Assembly: GCA_030667705.1 (NCBI GenBank)
Contig: DAOUVJ010000001.1
Location: forward strand, 1 to 63,493
Direction: 5' to 3'
DNA from: Promethearchaeota archaeon
Lineage (GTDB): Archaea > Asgardarchaeota > Lokiarchaeia > Sigyniarchaeales > SOKP01
Length of the DNA stretch: 63,493 nt
Shown here: positions 1-9,474 of the stretch, in pieces
Layout: each line of letters opens with the position of its first letter
Numbering within the stretch: the first letter of the stretch is position 1
Translations under genes and position numbers: made by a program
Notes under the pieces: model-generated
Told to the model about the DNA's origin: nothing
Database searches by the model: none
The model's input: the letters and a program-made list of their open reading frames with translations, nothing else

Positions 1-1
1 A

Positions 2-262
2 ACTTCAGGATTAGCGGCTATTGGTACCGCGGTCATCGGGGGAGCAGTTGTTGGCCCAATGGTTAGTGGAATTGTAGTAGTTGCTGCTGGAACTGCGGTA
101 GTGGGTATTGGTGGTGTTATGGTAGGAGAAGAAGTCGTAAGTTGGTACAATAGACGGGAAGATCGGAAAGATGTGGAAAGAGAAGACATGTTTAATATAA
201 AAAGAAAACAAATTAAGGATTGGTTTAACGAACAAAAACTTCAGGAAGCTTGTGTGAATTAA
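2..262 (+). CDS. 3' end of a gene for a glycine-zipper membrane protein (5' end lies outside the window)
   Basis: The frame is open from the window edge to TAA at 260-262. The translation ...GLAAIGTAVIGGAVVGPMVSGIVVVAAGTAVVGIGGVMVG... is a Gly/Val-rich hydrophobic segment followed by a charged tail. A hairpin plus T-run follows. Confidence 0.4.
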   Translation, partial: TSGLAAIGTAVIGGAVVGPMVSGIVVVAAGTAVVGIGGVMVGEEVVSWYNRREDRKDVEREDMFNIKRKQIKDWFNEQKLQEACVN

Positions 263-296
263 GAGAAGAAAGGAGAAAAAGAAAGATTAATATTTT

Positions 297-337
297 AAAA
301 AAAATTCATTTGGATAGTTTAAATGAATTTTTTTTTG
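297..337 (+). terminator. rho-independent terminator
   Basis: Perfect 11-bp stem aaaattcattt (301-311) / aaatgaatttt (321-331), flanked by an A-run and a T-run. Confidence 0.5.
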
Positions 338-413
338 TACTTTTTTTTGATTAAAATCATAAATTGGAGAACTAATAGCCTTTATTTTTTTGGAACAAAT
401 TATAAAACTATAT

Positions 414-500
414 ATGGAAAATTTAGATAAATATTTAGTACAAATTTTAAGAGCACAAAAAGATTATTCTAGAATTTGGGATTGTGGTAGTTTAAAATTT
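414..500 (+). pseudogene. footprint of the 3' end of a Hef-like homing endonuclease gene
   Basis: Translates as MENLDKYLVQILRAQKDYSRIWDCGSLKF. This matches the C-termini of the three intact paralogs (for example ...WILRAQEGYLKIWDCGSLKF). The 30-mer agaatttgggattgtggtagtttaaaattt is retained at 471-500. Confidence 0.65.
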
Positions 501-531
501 CAAATATCTAATCATCATAGGGAGATTATAA

Positions 532-3500
532 ATGGCAAAAAATATTAAACCACCCCAAGGAACTACCAGTGCAGATTCTGAGAGTCAGTTTAGAGCAAAG
601 AGAATAAACTCTCTTTCTGATCAACTATATCAAATTGAAAATCGTACAACTAAACAAACTCAGAATATTCAAAAACAAATAAAGGAAACCACGAAAGCAA
701 CCGATTCTCTTCAAAAGACAAGTGATTCAAAAGATGTCCAGGATTCGCTTCCTGAAATAAATAAAACTATTGGGAAATTAAATTATACTATTCAAGTTAT
801 GGCCGATGGTATGAAGAAAATAACCCTAAATACGGCAGAGGGAACTAAAAATGCCCTTTCACAATATGGGAAAGCAATAAGTTCAGATATTAATTTAGAT
901 AAACAAAATACAGTTGCTATGGCCCTCTCCAGAACTTCTCCCTTGTTTGGTTATTATGCTGGGAAATTCATGGAAACTGACGTCTTTAAAAATGCCACCA
1001 GTAAAATGTCGGAAAATATTAAAAAGGGAATGGGGAATGTTTGGTCAAGTGTTAAAGGAACAACCCGGGGAATTGCCGACTCTATATCAAATGCTCATAT
1101 AGGAAGAAAAGGAAAAGTAGATTATTCTGAAGAATCAGAAATTGCTTTTGGGAAAGTAAAACCCAGTGTTAAAAGTACTAAACATAGTATTTCTAAACTG
1201 GCAAGAGATTTAAATGTTCAAAAAAGATTAATGAAACCCGCATTAAAAAGTGAAGAAGTTAGTTATTCAGATTTGACTCTTACAAAGATCTCTAATGATA
1301 TTGCAGAATTAAAAGAAAGATCTGGTGATATCCCTAAATTAAGAGAAGGTGGATATGTTGAAAAAGGTGGTCTTGCTGAAATTCACCCGGCAGAAGTTGT
1401 AATGCCAATTGAAAAGATTTTAGACAGAATAGATAAAAATGCCGGACCTGAAAAAGAAAATCAATCAAAAATTGCGGCTGGAATATCTTTAATGTCTAAG
1501 AGTTTTGCTCAAGTTGAAACTTATGTAGGAGATCAAAAAAGAGAAAGAAAAGGATTAGTTTCAGATTTTGTGACTGCATTTAAAACAGCGCAAGATGATG
1601 AATCAAAAACTTGGCAAGATAGATTACTAAAAGCAATTCTTGAATTAAAAGTAGGATTAATTGGAATGACATCAAGATTAAGAATTGCTTGGCAATCCAT
1701 GCTCTTAGACCACCCGGTGATGAGGAATATTTTAATGTTTGGACAAACTCTTAAAACTGCTTTTACCGGGGGATTAAAATTTGTTTTTGGTGCTAGAGGG
1801 GGTGCAGCCAGTAGATTATCCAAAGCTCAAAGAACGTCTAATGTTTTTGATAAAATTGTCAATGTAATATCTTTGATATATATGGATTTTTTACCAAAAT
1901 TAAATGATCTTGTTAAATATTCAAAAGAATCATTAGAATTTCAAACAGGACAAGAAGCTCAGAGTTTTAAAGAACAAACATGGACAATGTTTGATAAAGT
2001 TAAAAATTATATGCAAGGAGAAAGATCAGGAACCTTATTAAAAGATAAAATTATTGATGGTTTAGTTTCTAATTTAGATTTAGACCGTGGATCTGTAGAC
2101 AGTGCTATGGGTGGAGCTAGAAATATTTTTTCAAGGGAGGCGAGAGCAGCAAGAAGAGCAGCAAGAGAGGGAACTCCGGGCCATGCAATTGGTGGAGTTA
2201 TGAGAGAAACTTCAGAAATTCTTGCTCACCGTGGAGAAATTATTCTTCCAGTTAAGAAAGTTTTTGAATTAATTAGTTCATTTTCAAAAGGAGTTTATGA
2301 AATAGTTAAAAGTATTGAGCCTATTAAATTATTAAAGAAAGCTTTAGAAGAAATGACAAAATCTATAAAAACAGTCGCTTCTAATATCTCTCGAATTTCA
2401 GTTGAGACTTTCCAAAAATCAAAAGAAAATGCTGAAGAAATATTTAAAAGAATTCAAGAATGGGATCCTATAGAAAAAACCAAAGAATTTGGAGATAAAT
2501 TTATTAAAAAACCCATTGAAGGAATGAAAGAAAGTATTACAACTACCTGGACAAAAGAATTAGAAAAAGCCAGAGAAACTAGAAGAGAAAAAATATCTAC
2601 TCGCACAAGAAGAGTCGGAGAACAAGTTAAAGATTTTACTCTTGATCCTACTAAAGGAAAAATGGGGAAAACTATAGACAAACTTTTTGAATTTAAAATG
2701 AATTATAGATTAAAAAAAGAAGATGCTTTTGATTTGAAAATGGATAAAAAGCGTTCAAAATTAACACGAAAATATGAAAGAAAAAGTGAAGGTATTACTA
2801 AAAAGTTTTTAGGTCTTTTTGATAAACATGTCGATAAATCTGAAAAATTACATAATCAAAAATTAAGAAAAGTTGAAAAATTATCTAATAGAAGAACTTC
2901 AAATTTTGAAAAGAGAATGGGTAGCATTTCTAATTTAAAAGAAAGATTGGAAGCAAGAAGAATTAAAAAACGGGAGAGAATGAGTGAAACACAAGATGCC
3001 AGAATAGTAAATGCCCAAAGAAAAATATTCTGGAAAGGACATAAAGACAGAACAGATATCCAACATAAAACACAAAAGAAAATATTTAAAGCACAAGAGA
3101 AAGCAGCCAAGGGTGTAATTGAATATCAAAAGGGGATAACAAGTAACTTTCAAAAAGGTTTTAATTTTATATTTAATAGACAAAAAGCAGCCGAAGAAAA
3201 AGAAGCAAAAAAAATTAAAAAACAAATGAAACAACAAAATAAAATTGCAAAGAAAACTGAAAAATCCATTCGAAAAGCAGATAAGATCAAAAGGAAATTA
3301 GATAAAAAACGTGATAAGTGGCAAATTAAAATATCAAAATTAAGAGCAAAAGTTGAAAGTAAACAAGCCAAACAGGGCGCCAAACTCCAAGCCAAAATTG
3401 ATTTTATTACTGCTAAGAAAAAAGCAAAAGTTGAGGCAAAATTAGCAAAAGCTAAATTTAAAGCAGAACTTCCAATGATGTTAAAGAAAGCTAAATTGGC

Positions 3501-5232
3501 TAAAATACAAGCTAAGAAAGATTTAGCAAGTATGAAAGAGAAGATTAAAGAAGAGAAATTAAAAGCAAAAGAAGAAAAAGCATCTCTTAAAGATCAAATG
3601 AAGAAAGCCAGACAAGAAGAATGGAAAGCAAGAAAAGAATCTCTTCAAGAAAGATGGAAACAATTAAGAGAATTACCAAAGAAAATGAGTGAATTTACAG
3701 ATGCTACTAAAAGAAATTGGAAATCCAGAATGGCTAATATGAAAGAGCAATTGGGGAAATTATCTAAAATTTCAAAAGCCCAATATCTTGTTGTGGATGC
3801 ATTTAAATCATTAGGAAAACGTTTAAAAAAGATGGGAAGCAAAATTTGGGGATATATAATGATGGGAGTTAGTGCTCTTGGCGCATTAATTAGCCCTTTA
3901 CTTACATCATTATCTGCAATATTAGCTCCAATTGGTGCTTTTGTAATGTGGTTAGCCAAAAGTGCAGTAGGAAAACTTATTGGAATGGGAGGGAAATTAG
4001 GAGCCGCAGGTGTTGCCGGTGTTGCAATGGCCGGGGTTGGAGCATATAAAGGAGTTAAAAAAGCTGAAGAATGGGGAACTTCTAAAACTGCTGCAGGAAT
4101 TGGTGGAGCACTGGGTGGAACTAAAAAAGGAAAAGCTGGTATTTTGGGAGGGGTTGCAAAGGGAGCCGCTTTGGGAGCAGCTGCAGGATCTATGATTCCT
4201 GTGGTTGGCACAGCAATTGGTGGAGTCGTTGGAGCAATAGCAGGCGGAATCATGGGATATGTCGGCGGAGAAAATATTGCAAAAGGAATGCAATATCTCG
4301 GAGGAAAAATTAAAAGTTTAGCAAAAGCAGTATTAAATTTTATTACATGGCCTTTCCGAATGATCAAAAAAGCTATAAGTACAGCTTTGGAGTTTTATCG
4401 AGGAAAATTAGAAAGTATTCCAATAATAGGAAGATTCTTTAGAAAGGGAAATTCTGAGGGAGCTGCTTCAGAAGAAGAAAAAAATGCTGCTCGAGCAAGA
4501 CGTAAAGAATCATTATTAGAAAGCAGGAAAGCGGCTGTAGAAAAGTTGGCGGCTGCAAAAAAGAGAGCGGCGGAACGGAAAAAAGCTATTAGAGGTTTCT
4601 TTTCCGGAGTAAAAAAGAAATTGGGATTTGCCGGAGATGCTCCAGTTTCAGCAAAAGTCCCAGAAAAAGTTAAAAAATCATTAGCTTCAAAAGTATCCGC
4701 TCCAATTACAGTTTTAGATAAAGCTCAATATGAAGGAAGAGAATGGATTTTACAAAGTGATGGGAGTTTATTAGTAGACGGAAGTCCTGCCTCAAAATCT
4801 CAAAGAAGTAAATATTTAAGTGAACAAACTAAAAGACTTAATGAAAGAATTGAATCTGGTAAATATGGAAGAAATGTTGTTCTCCGTGATAAAGAACGAA
4901 AATCAGCTTTTGAATCACAAATTAGAGATAGTGCAAATTCTCTTGTTATGGATAAAGGTAAACTTTCAAAAACTCAAGCGGCGGAAAAATTATTAGAAGG
5001 AAAATATGCAGCTGGAGAATTTGGGAAAGCAACTGGAAAAATGGCTGGTGAGATGGGGAAAAATAATGCAGCAATGGTTCACTCGACAAATGTTTTAAAT
5101 AATACCTCAACAATATTAGCAAATACTTCTTCAGCCAGTGGGGGAGGAGGTGGTGGTAATGGAGGAAATCAAGGAGGGTTTTCTAGTGGAGATAGAATGG
5201 CACAACAGGTTTTGGCTTGCGATATTTCTTAA
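532..5232 (+). CDS. putative tail tape measure protein
   Basis: 1566 aa with an AGGGAG SD 7 nt upstream. Contains a very long Lys-rich coiled-coil region and a Gly-zipper hydrophobic block (GAAGVAGVAMAGVG...GGVVGAIAGGIMGYVGG). Has two copies of a G..AE/GE(V/I)(V/I)(M/L)P motif (GGLAEIHPAEVVMPIEK; ILAHRGEIILPVKK) of the kind seen in tape measure proteins. Confidence 0.55.
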   Translation: MAKNIKPPQGTTSADSESQFRAKRINSLSDQLYQIENRTTKQTQNIQKQIKETTKATDSLQKTSDSKDVQDSLPEINKTIGKLNYTIQVMADGMKKITLNTAEGTKNALSQYGKAISSDINLDKQNTVAMALSRTSPLFGYYAGKFMETDVFKNATSKMSENIKKGMGNVWSSVKGTTRGIADSISNAHIGRKGKVDYSEESEIAFGKVKPSVKSTKHSISKLARDLNVQKRLMKPALKSEEVSYSDLTLTKISNDIAELKERSGDIPKLREGGYVEKGGLAEIHPAEVVMPIEKILDRIDKNAGPEKENQSKIAAGISLMSKSFAQVETYVGDQKRERKGLVSDFVTAFKTAQDDESKTWQDRLLKAILELKVGLIGMTSRLRIAWQSMLLDHPVMRNILMFGQTLKTAFTGGLKFVFGARGGAASRLSKAQRTSNVFDKIVNVISLIYMDFLPKLNDLVKYSKESLEFQTGQEAQSFKEQTWTMFDKVKNYMQGERSGTLLKDKIIDGLVSNLDLDRGSVDSAMGGARNIFSREARAARRAAREGTPGHAIGGVMRETSEILAHRGEIILPVKKVFELISSFSKGVYEIVKSIEPIKLLKKALEEMTKSIKTVASNISRISVETFQKSKENAEEIFKRIQEWDPIEKTKEFGDKFIKKPIEGMKESITTTWTKELEKARETRREKISTRTRRVGEQVKDFTLDPTKGKMGKTIDKLFEFKMNYRLKKEDAFDLKMDKKRSKLTRKYERKSEGITKKFLGLFDKHVDKSEKLHNQKLRKVEKLSNRRTSNFEKRMGSISNLKERLEARRIKKRERMSETQDARIVNAQRKIFWKGHKDRTDIQHKTQKKIFKAQEKAAKGVIEYQKGITSNFQKGFNFIFNRQKAAEEKEAKKIKKQMKQQNKIAKKTEKSIRKADKIKRKLDKKRDKWQIKISKLRAKVESKQAKQGAKLQAKIDFITAKKKAKVEAKLAKAKFKAELPMMLKKAKLAKIQAKKDLASMKEKIKEEKLKAKEEKASLKDQMKKARQEEWKARKESLQERWKQLRELPKKMSEFTDATKRNWKSRMANMKEQLGKLSKISKAQYLVVDAFKSLGKRLKKMGSKIWGYIMMGVSALGALISPLLTSLSAILAPIGAFVMWLAKSAVGKLIGMGGKLGAAGVAGVAMAGVGAYKGVKKAEEWGTSKTAAGIGGALGGTKKGKAGILGGVAKGAALGAAAGSMIPVVGTAIGGVVGAIAGGIMGYVGGENIAKGMQYLGGKIKSLAKAVLNFITWPFRMIKKAISTALEFYRGKLESIPIIGRFFRKGNSEGAASEEEKNAARARRKESLLESRKAAVEKLAAAKKRAAERKKAIRGFFSGVKKKLGFAGDAPVSAKVPEKVKKSLASKVSAPITVLDKAQYEGREWILQSDGSLLVDGSPASKSQRSKYLSEQTKRLNERIESGKYGRNVVLRDKERKSAFESQIRDSANSLVMDKGKLSKTQAAEKLLEGKYAAGEFGKATGKMAGEMGKNNAAMVHSTNVLNNTSTILANTSSASGGGGGGNGGNQGGFSSGDRMAQQVLACDIS

Positions 5233-5332
5233 CTTCAAAACTTTAATATTAAATAATTCTATCTAATATCTTCTATAATTCATGAAAAATATTTCTGAAT
5301 ACCAAAGGTCACTTAAAATTTAAAAACCCTTT

Positions 5333-5366
5333 AAAACCTATCATGCTTTGTTGTATGATAGGTTTT
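5333..5366. terminator. bidirectional terminator between convergent genes
   Basis: Perfect 12-bp stem aaaacctatcat (5333-5344) / atgataggtttt (5355-5366) with a 10-nt loop. T residues lie upstream and A residues downstream. It sits between the convergent stops at 5232 and 5378. Confidence 0.6.
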
Positions 5367-5377
5367 AAAATACAAGA

Positions 5378-6556
5378 CTAAAAATTTGGCATTGATGAAG
5401 ATAACTCATTAAATACTTCTGTCGATGTACTTGGAATTCTTGGCCCAGGTATATATGTTTCATCCCGGCTTAAAGATTCGTTTGAAGATCTATTATTTTT
5501 TTCTTTTTTTTTAGATTTCTCAAGTTCTAAAGATAATTGTTTAAAATCTGAACGAAGATAATGATACTCAACATTTGGTTTTTCTTCTTCTAAAACTTTT
5601 AAATAATTATTCAAAGTTGGACGATTTACAATCTCAACATCTCCTTCCTCGCAAACCATACTGCTATAAAGACTACCAAAATCTATTCTGACATCCACGA
5701 TTCCCAATCTTTGATTCCAGCCAATTTGCTGTTGATCTCCTCCTTTTATCACAGTAATGTTAGTTATTACTGCAGGATCTAAAGAAAAAACGCCCGGGCA
5801 TTTTATTTTATGAAAAAATGGCCATCTAAAAGTATTCCCATCTTTTGTAATGGGCGTGGCAAGAGTTAATAATACTGCAAGAGGTCCAATAATCGAATCT
5901 CTTGTTGCATCAAAATTTCCTGGGCAAGGATTAAATAATCTAACTGTCATTGAATAAGATGGAGAAAATCCACTATTTTTCCAAATGTTTGGAAAGTCGA
6001 CTCTGTGCCCAGCAAGCATTTTCCCAACGGTTCCTAATCCCGGTACATTTTCTAATGATTTTATTACAGTTCCCCCAGCATTTGTTAAACTTCCCATCAT
6101 ATCCAAAGCAGACCCAGTATGTCCCCCAACGTGCTTTCCAGCACCTTTTATCATTTCTGCTATTTTTGTAGTTGCACCACTTAAAGTATCACTTCCGGTC
6201 ATTTGAACCATTTCTTGAATTTTCTGTGCTCCAACGTCAGTCATTCCTTGTAAAAAAGTTTCACCATAATCATTTGAAAAACTATCGGTCGGAAAATTAT
6301 CCGCTAAAAATGCAACTTTTATTGGGTGTGTAACTTTATATCCTAAGTTTTGTAAAATACTATCATATTTTTCTGTATTTTCAGTTAGACTAAATAGAGA
6401 CATTCCAGAGGAGAAATTTGGTTCACAGGGAATAATCTCTGCTGTCGGCATAGACTCTATAACTACATGTTTTGAAACATATAAATTATTAAGCGGGGGT
6501 AAACCAAAAATTCCTTCATCTGGTTTTAATGTAATAAGACCTGCTGATTCTGGCAT
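5378..6556 (-). CDS. baseplate / tail-tube-associated protein (T4 gp48/gp54-like, tentative)
   Basis: 392 aa with a Gly/Thr-rich flexible middle. The motif RVDFPNIWKNSGFSPSYSMTVRLFNPCPG...GPLAVLLTLATP resembles my memory of tail-tube cap/initiator proteins. It lies in the baseplate module. Confidence 0.35.
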   Translation of the reverse strand: MPESAGLITLKPDEGIFGLPPLNNLYVSKHVVIESMPTAEIIPCEPNFSSGMSLFSLTENTEKYDSILQNLGYKVTHPIKVAFLADNFPTDSFSNDYGETFLQGMTDVGAQKIQEMVQMTGSDTLSGATTKIAEMIKGAGKHVGGHTGSALDMMGSLTNAGGTVIKSLENVPGLGTVGKMLAGHRVDFPNIWKNSGFSPSYSMTVRLFNPCPGNFDATRDSIIGPLAVLLTLATPITKDGNTFRWPFFHKIKCPGVFSLDPAVITNITVIKGGDQQQIGWNQRLGIVDVRIDFGSLYSSMVCEEGDVEIVNRPTLNNYLKVLEEEKPNVEYHYLRSDFKQLSLELEKSKKKEKNNRSSNESLSRDETYIPGPRIPSTSTEVFNELSSSMPNF

Positions 6557-6579
6557 AATTTTCTCTCTGGTATAATTTT

Positions 6580-8349
6580 TTAAGAATATATTTGATTAAA
6601 CTTTAGACTTCCACAATCCCAAATTCTTGTATAACCTTCTTTTTGTCTCAAAAGATATTCAGGAATATCTTTTGGTTCACTTGGTCTTTTTCTTAATCCA
6701 AATCTATGGATTCTATCTACGCCTTTTAAGTACCAATAATTTGGTTGAGTTATTTTATCTAATTCAAAACCTAATTGATAATACAAATTTCCTTGAGACC
6801 ATCTTCTATCAGCATAACTAAATATTTGATTCCATTCAAAATTCTTCTTGAAATGAGTTAATAGTTTTCTAGCAATTCCAGGTATGTGATAATTTGAATT
6901 TGAACAAAATCTATTTAGTTCCCAAACTCCTTCTTTTGCCTTTGATCCTTTTGAAATATTACCTTTTCCAAATGTCATAACTGAAACTAATTCTTCATTG
7001 TGAAATGCACCTAATTTAATTTGAGATGCATCTTTTCCTTGAATATGAAACTCTTCTAAAAACTCATTCTTAATTTTTGGATCTATTTCTTTAATTTCAC
7101 ATTTTCTTATATGGAGTCTTTTTAAATCATTATTAACATTTAAAATTTGTTTAATTCTTGATTTAACTATATCTTTTTTAAGCAACCACTCATCTTCAAA
7201 AATATGAATTAATTGAATTCCTTTTTCTTTGCATAAGTTAGTTTTTTGCAGGTGAGAATTAATTGGATCCGGTGATATTGCTTCTGAATGATAATACACG
7301 CCATTATATTCAAATGCTATTTTTCTATCCGGAATATGAATATCTAATTCTAAAAAATGATTAGTTTTTGGATTTTTAATAATATTTCTACAATTATGTT
7401 TAACTTTATCTTCTCCAATTAAATTACAAATAAATTTATAAATTTCTTTTTCAGCATTTGAAGAACCATCTTTTCTTGGATAGCATTTTGGGCAAGTATA
7501 TCCCTGTTGAATTTCGTTCCAAATTTGTCTGAATTTGTGATTGCATTTTAAACATTTCCAATTGTGTTTAAAACCAGCATCAATATATTTTTCATCTAAA
7601 AGTTCTAAATTTAAATGATTTAAATATTTAGTTAATTTCTTTGAAAATGCAATTCTTTGTTTATCCTTTTTCACTTTTTTAATCTCTTCACATTGAGAAT
7701 TATGCTCAACTCTCATAATTTTTAAATTAGTTTGTTTCATCTTTTCTTGGACTTTAGGATCTTGTCCTGCATATTTAACATTTCTAACTCTTAAATTAGT
7801 TTGTATTGATTTTTCTCTAACTTCTTTTGCTTCCATTGGATATCTAACATTTCTAACTCTTAAATTAGTTTGTATTGTCTTTTTTTGAATTTCATCGCAT
7901 TGTGATGGGTGTTTAGTATCCCAATTTTTCAATGAGGTTTGAATTTTCTTTTCTTTAATTATATCTGAATTACTTGGATTATCAACCCCAAGATTTTTTA
8001 AACAAGTTTGTTTATGAATTTCTTTAACTATATCAGCTTGCATTGCATGCTCAACATCGTAAATTTTTAAACAAGTTTCAATTTTTTTCTTTTGAATATC
8101 TGGATCACTTGTAGAGCATCTTGGAGAACAATATTTATGAAAACCTTTGGTAACAGATATAAATTTAGTATATTTTTCACATGAATCTAATTTTCCATAC
8201 ATTTCACAGATGTTATTCACTTTTCCTTTCATTAAAAATTTTGAATAATATTCTTCTTTTGTTATTCCTTTATGATTAAATTTAAGATGGCTTGCTAATC
8301 CTTTTATATTCTTTAATTCTTTTGCGCAGATTGCACATATCATTTTCAC
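6580..8349 (-). CDS. free-standing homing endonuclease, Hef-like (paralog 1)
   Basis: 589 aa. N-terminal C2H2-like finger (CAICAKELKNIKGLASHLKFNH), then tandem ~33-aa K.T.LK...V.NPS..DIIKEKK repeats. Followed by a WKCLKC...CPKC ribbon, a Vsr/PD-(D/E)xK-like LELDIHIPDRKIAFEYNGVYYHSE core, and a C-terminal YHIQG...RIWDCGSLKF domain. Confidence 0.65.
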   Translation of the reverse strand: MKMICAICAKELKNIKGLASHLKFNHKGITKEEYYSKFLMKGKVNNICEMYGKLDSCEKYTKFISVTKGFHKYCSPRCSTSDPDIQKKKIETCLKIYDVEHAMQADIVKEIHKQTCLKNLGVDNPSNSDIIKEKKIQTSLKNWDTKHPSQCDEIQKKTIQTNLRVRNVRYPMEAKEVREKSIQTNLRVRNVKYAGQDPKVQEKMKQTNLKIMRVEHNSQCEEIKKVKKDKQRIAFSKKLTKYLNHLNLELLDEKYIDAGFKHNWKCLKCNHKFRQIWNEIQQGYTCPKCYPRKDGSSNAEKEIYKFICNLIGEDKVKHNCRNIIKNPKTNHFLELDIHIPDRKIAFEYNGVYYHSEAISPDPINSHLQKTNLCKEKGIQLIHIFEDEWLLKKDIVKSRIKQILNVNNDLKRLHIRKCEIKEIDPKIKNEFLEEFHIQGKDASQIKLGAFHNEELVSVMTFGKGNISKGSKAKEGVWELNRFCSNSNYHIPGIARKLLTHFKKNFEWNQIFSYADRRWSQGNLYYQLGFELDKITQPNYWYLKGVDRIHRFGLRKRPSEPKDIPEYLLRQKEGYTRIWDCGSLKFNQIYS

Positions 8350-8358
8350 ATTCCTCTC

Positions 8359-9474
8359 TTATTTAAAACAAATTGTATTTCTGAAAACAGAAGTTAAATA
8401 ATAAGCCAAAAATAAACTAAGTAAAAATTGTGTTTGAGTTGTAAAATTACTATATCTTTCCGAATAACCAATATCTTCCATTATTTTGAGCATTAATATT
8501 TTTACTTGTTGTTTAAAATAGATTGGAGCTATTGATTTTTTAATAAACATTAAATCTCTTAAATATTTATTATAACCTTCTCCACATAAAGAATCTATAT
8601 CTGAGATTTTTTTAATAAATAAAGTAAAAATTATTCTAATATTATCTGAATATTTTATATTAGTAAGATTATTTGTAATTAAAGTAGACAAAGAACTTTT
8701 TACTTTTGTTATTTTTCTTATTTCTTCTTGAGCTTTTAAATCTATAAATTTATAAATAACGATTTTTTTTACTACTATATCTATTGCCTTTGTACTTTTT
8801 TCTGTAGAAATATGTCGTTGTTTTTCATCATCCTCAGCCGGCTCTTCAAGAGTTTTCAATCCCAATCCTTCTGCGGAAGATTTATAATAAGCTGAGGCAA
8901 AACTTTTCATACTTTGTGAAATTCGAGTTCTACTTTCTTGAATAAATTTAGAAATTTTATCTATATCATTTTCTTTTATTGGGGTTGAATAGCGACGAAT
9001 CATTTCATATGCTAAATGTACCAAAGCATTTCCAATTGTTTTTTCTCTGGAAAATAAATGAGTTTTTGTTAAAGTTTCAAGAGAATACTTAAAAACATCT
9101 TTATTACAATATTTAAATTTTTTTTTAAATAGAGATATATAATGTCTAATAATGTAAAAAATCATTAAATATCTAAATGTTAATTGATCGTTTTCTTTTA
9201 AAAGAGAGTGCATTAAAAAAATATAATAGTTAGCAATACTATCTTGAAAAAGATCAAACTTTTCTTCTTTTCTTCCTTTCCATTTCCTTTTATTAAATTC
9301 TCTAACATCTTTCGCTGAAACTTTAGTAATCTTTAAAATATCATAAAAATGTTTTTTAAAGTTCGGACAATAACACGGTTCAGATAAATCAGATATACTT
9401 TTAGCAACAACTTTAGCTAAAAGAGATCTTAATTGAGGCTTATTGATATTTGCTTTTTTTATTATTATTTCCAT
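8359..9474 (-). CDS. hypothetical protein (Lys-rich, helical)
   Basis: 371-aa ORF that abuts the upstream gene (stop 9475 / start 9474) on the same strand as the baseplate genes. No motif recognised. Confidence 0.5.
   Translation of the reverse strand: MEIIIKKANINKPQLRSLLAKVVAKSISDLSEPCYCPNFKKHFYDILKITKVSAKDVREFNKRKWKGRKEEKFDLFQDSIANYYIFLMHSLLKENDQLTFRYLMIFYIIRHYISLFKKKFKYCNKDVFKYSLETLTKTHLFSREKTIGNALVHLAYEMIRRYSTPIKENDIDKISKFIQESRTRISQSMKSFASAYYKSSAEGLGLKTLEEPAEDDEKQRHISTEKSTKAIDIVVKKIVIYKFIDLKAQEEIRKITKVKSSLSTLITNNLTNIKYSDNIRIIFTLFIKKISDIDSLCGEGYNKYLRDLMFIKKSIAPIYFKQQVKILMLKIMEDIGYSERYSNFTTQTQFLLSLFLAYYLTSVFRNTICFK

Noticed and set aside
3645-4367. 240-aa antisense ORF (and several 60-100-aa ORFs on both strands between 914 and 4367) inside the tape-measure-like gene.
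   Set aside because: They lie entirely within the 1566-aa ORF. Their Pro/Ala/Ile-rich translation is the mirror image of the Gly/Ala-rich region. There is no RBS and no independent support.
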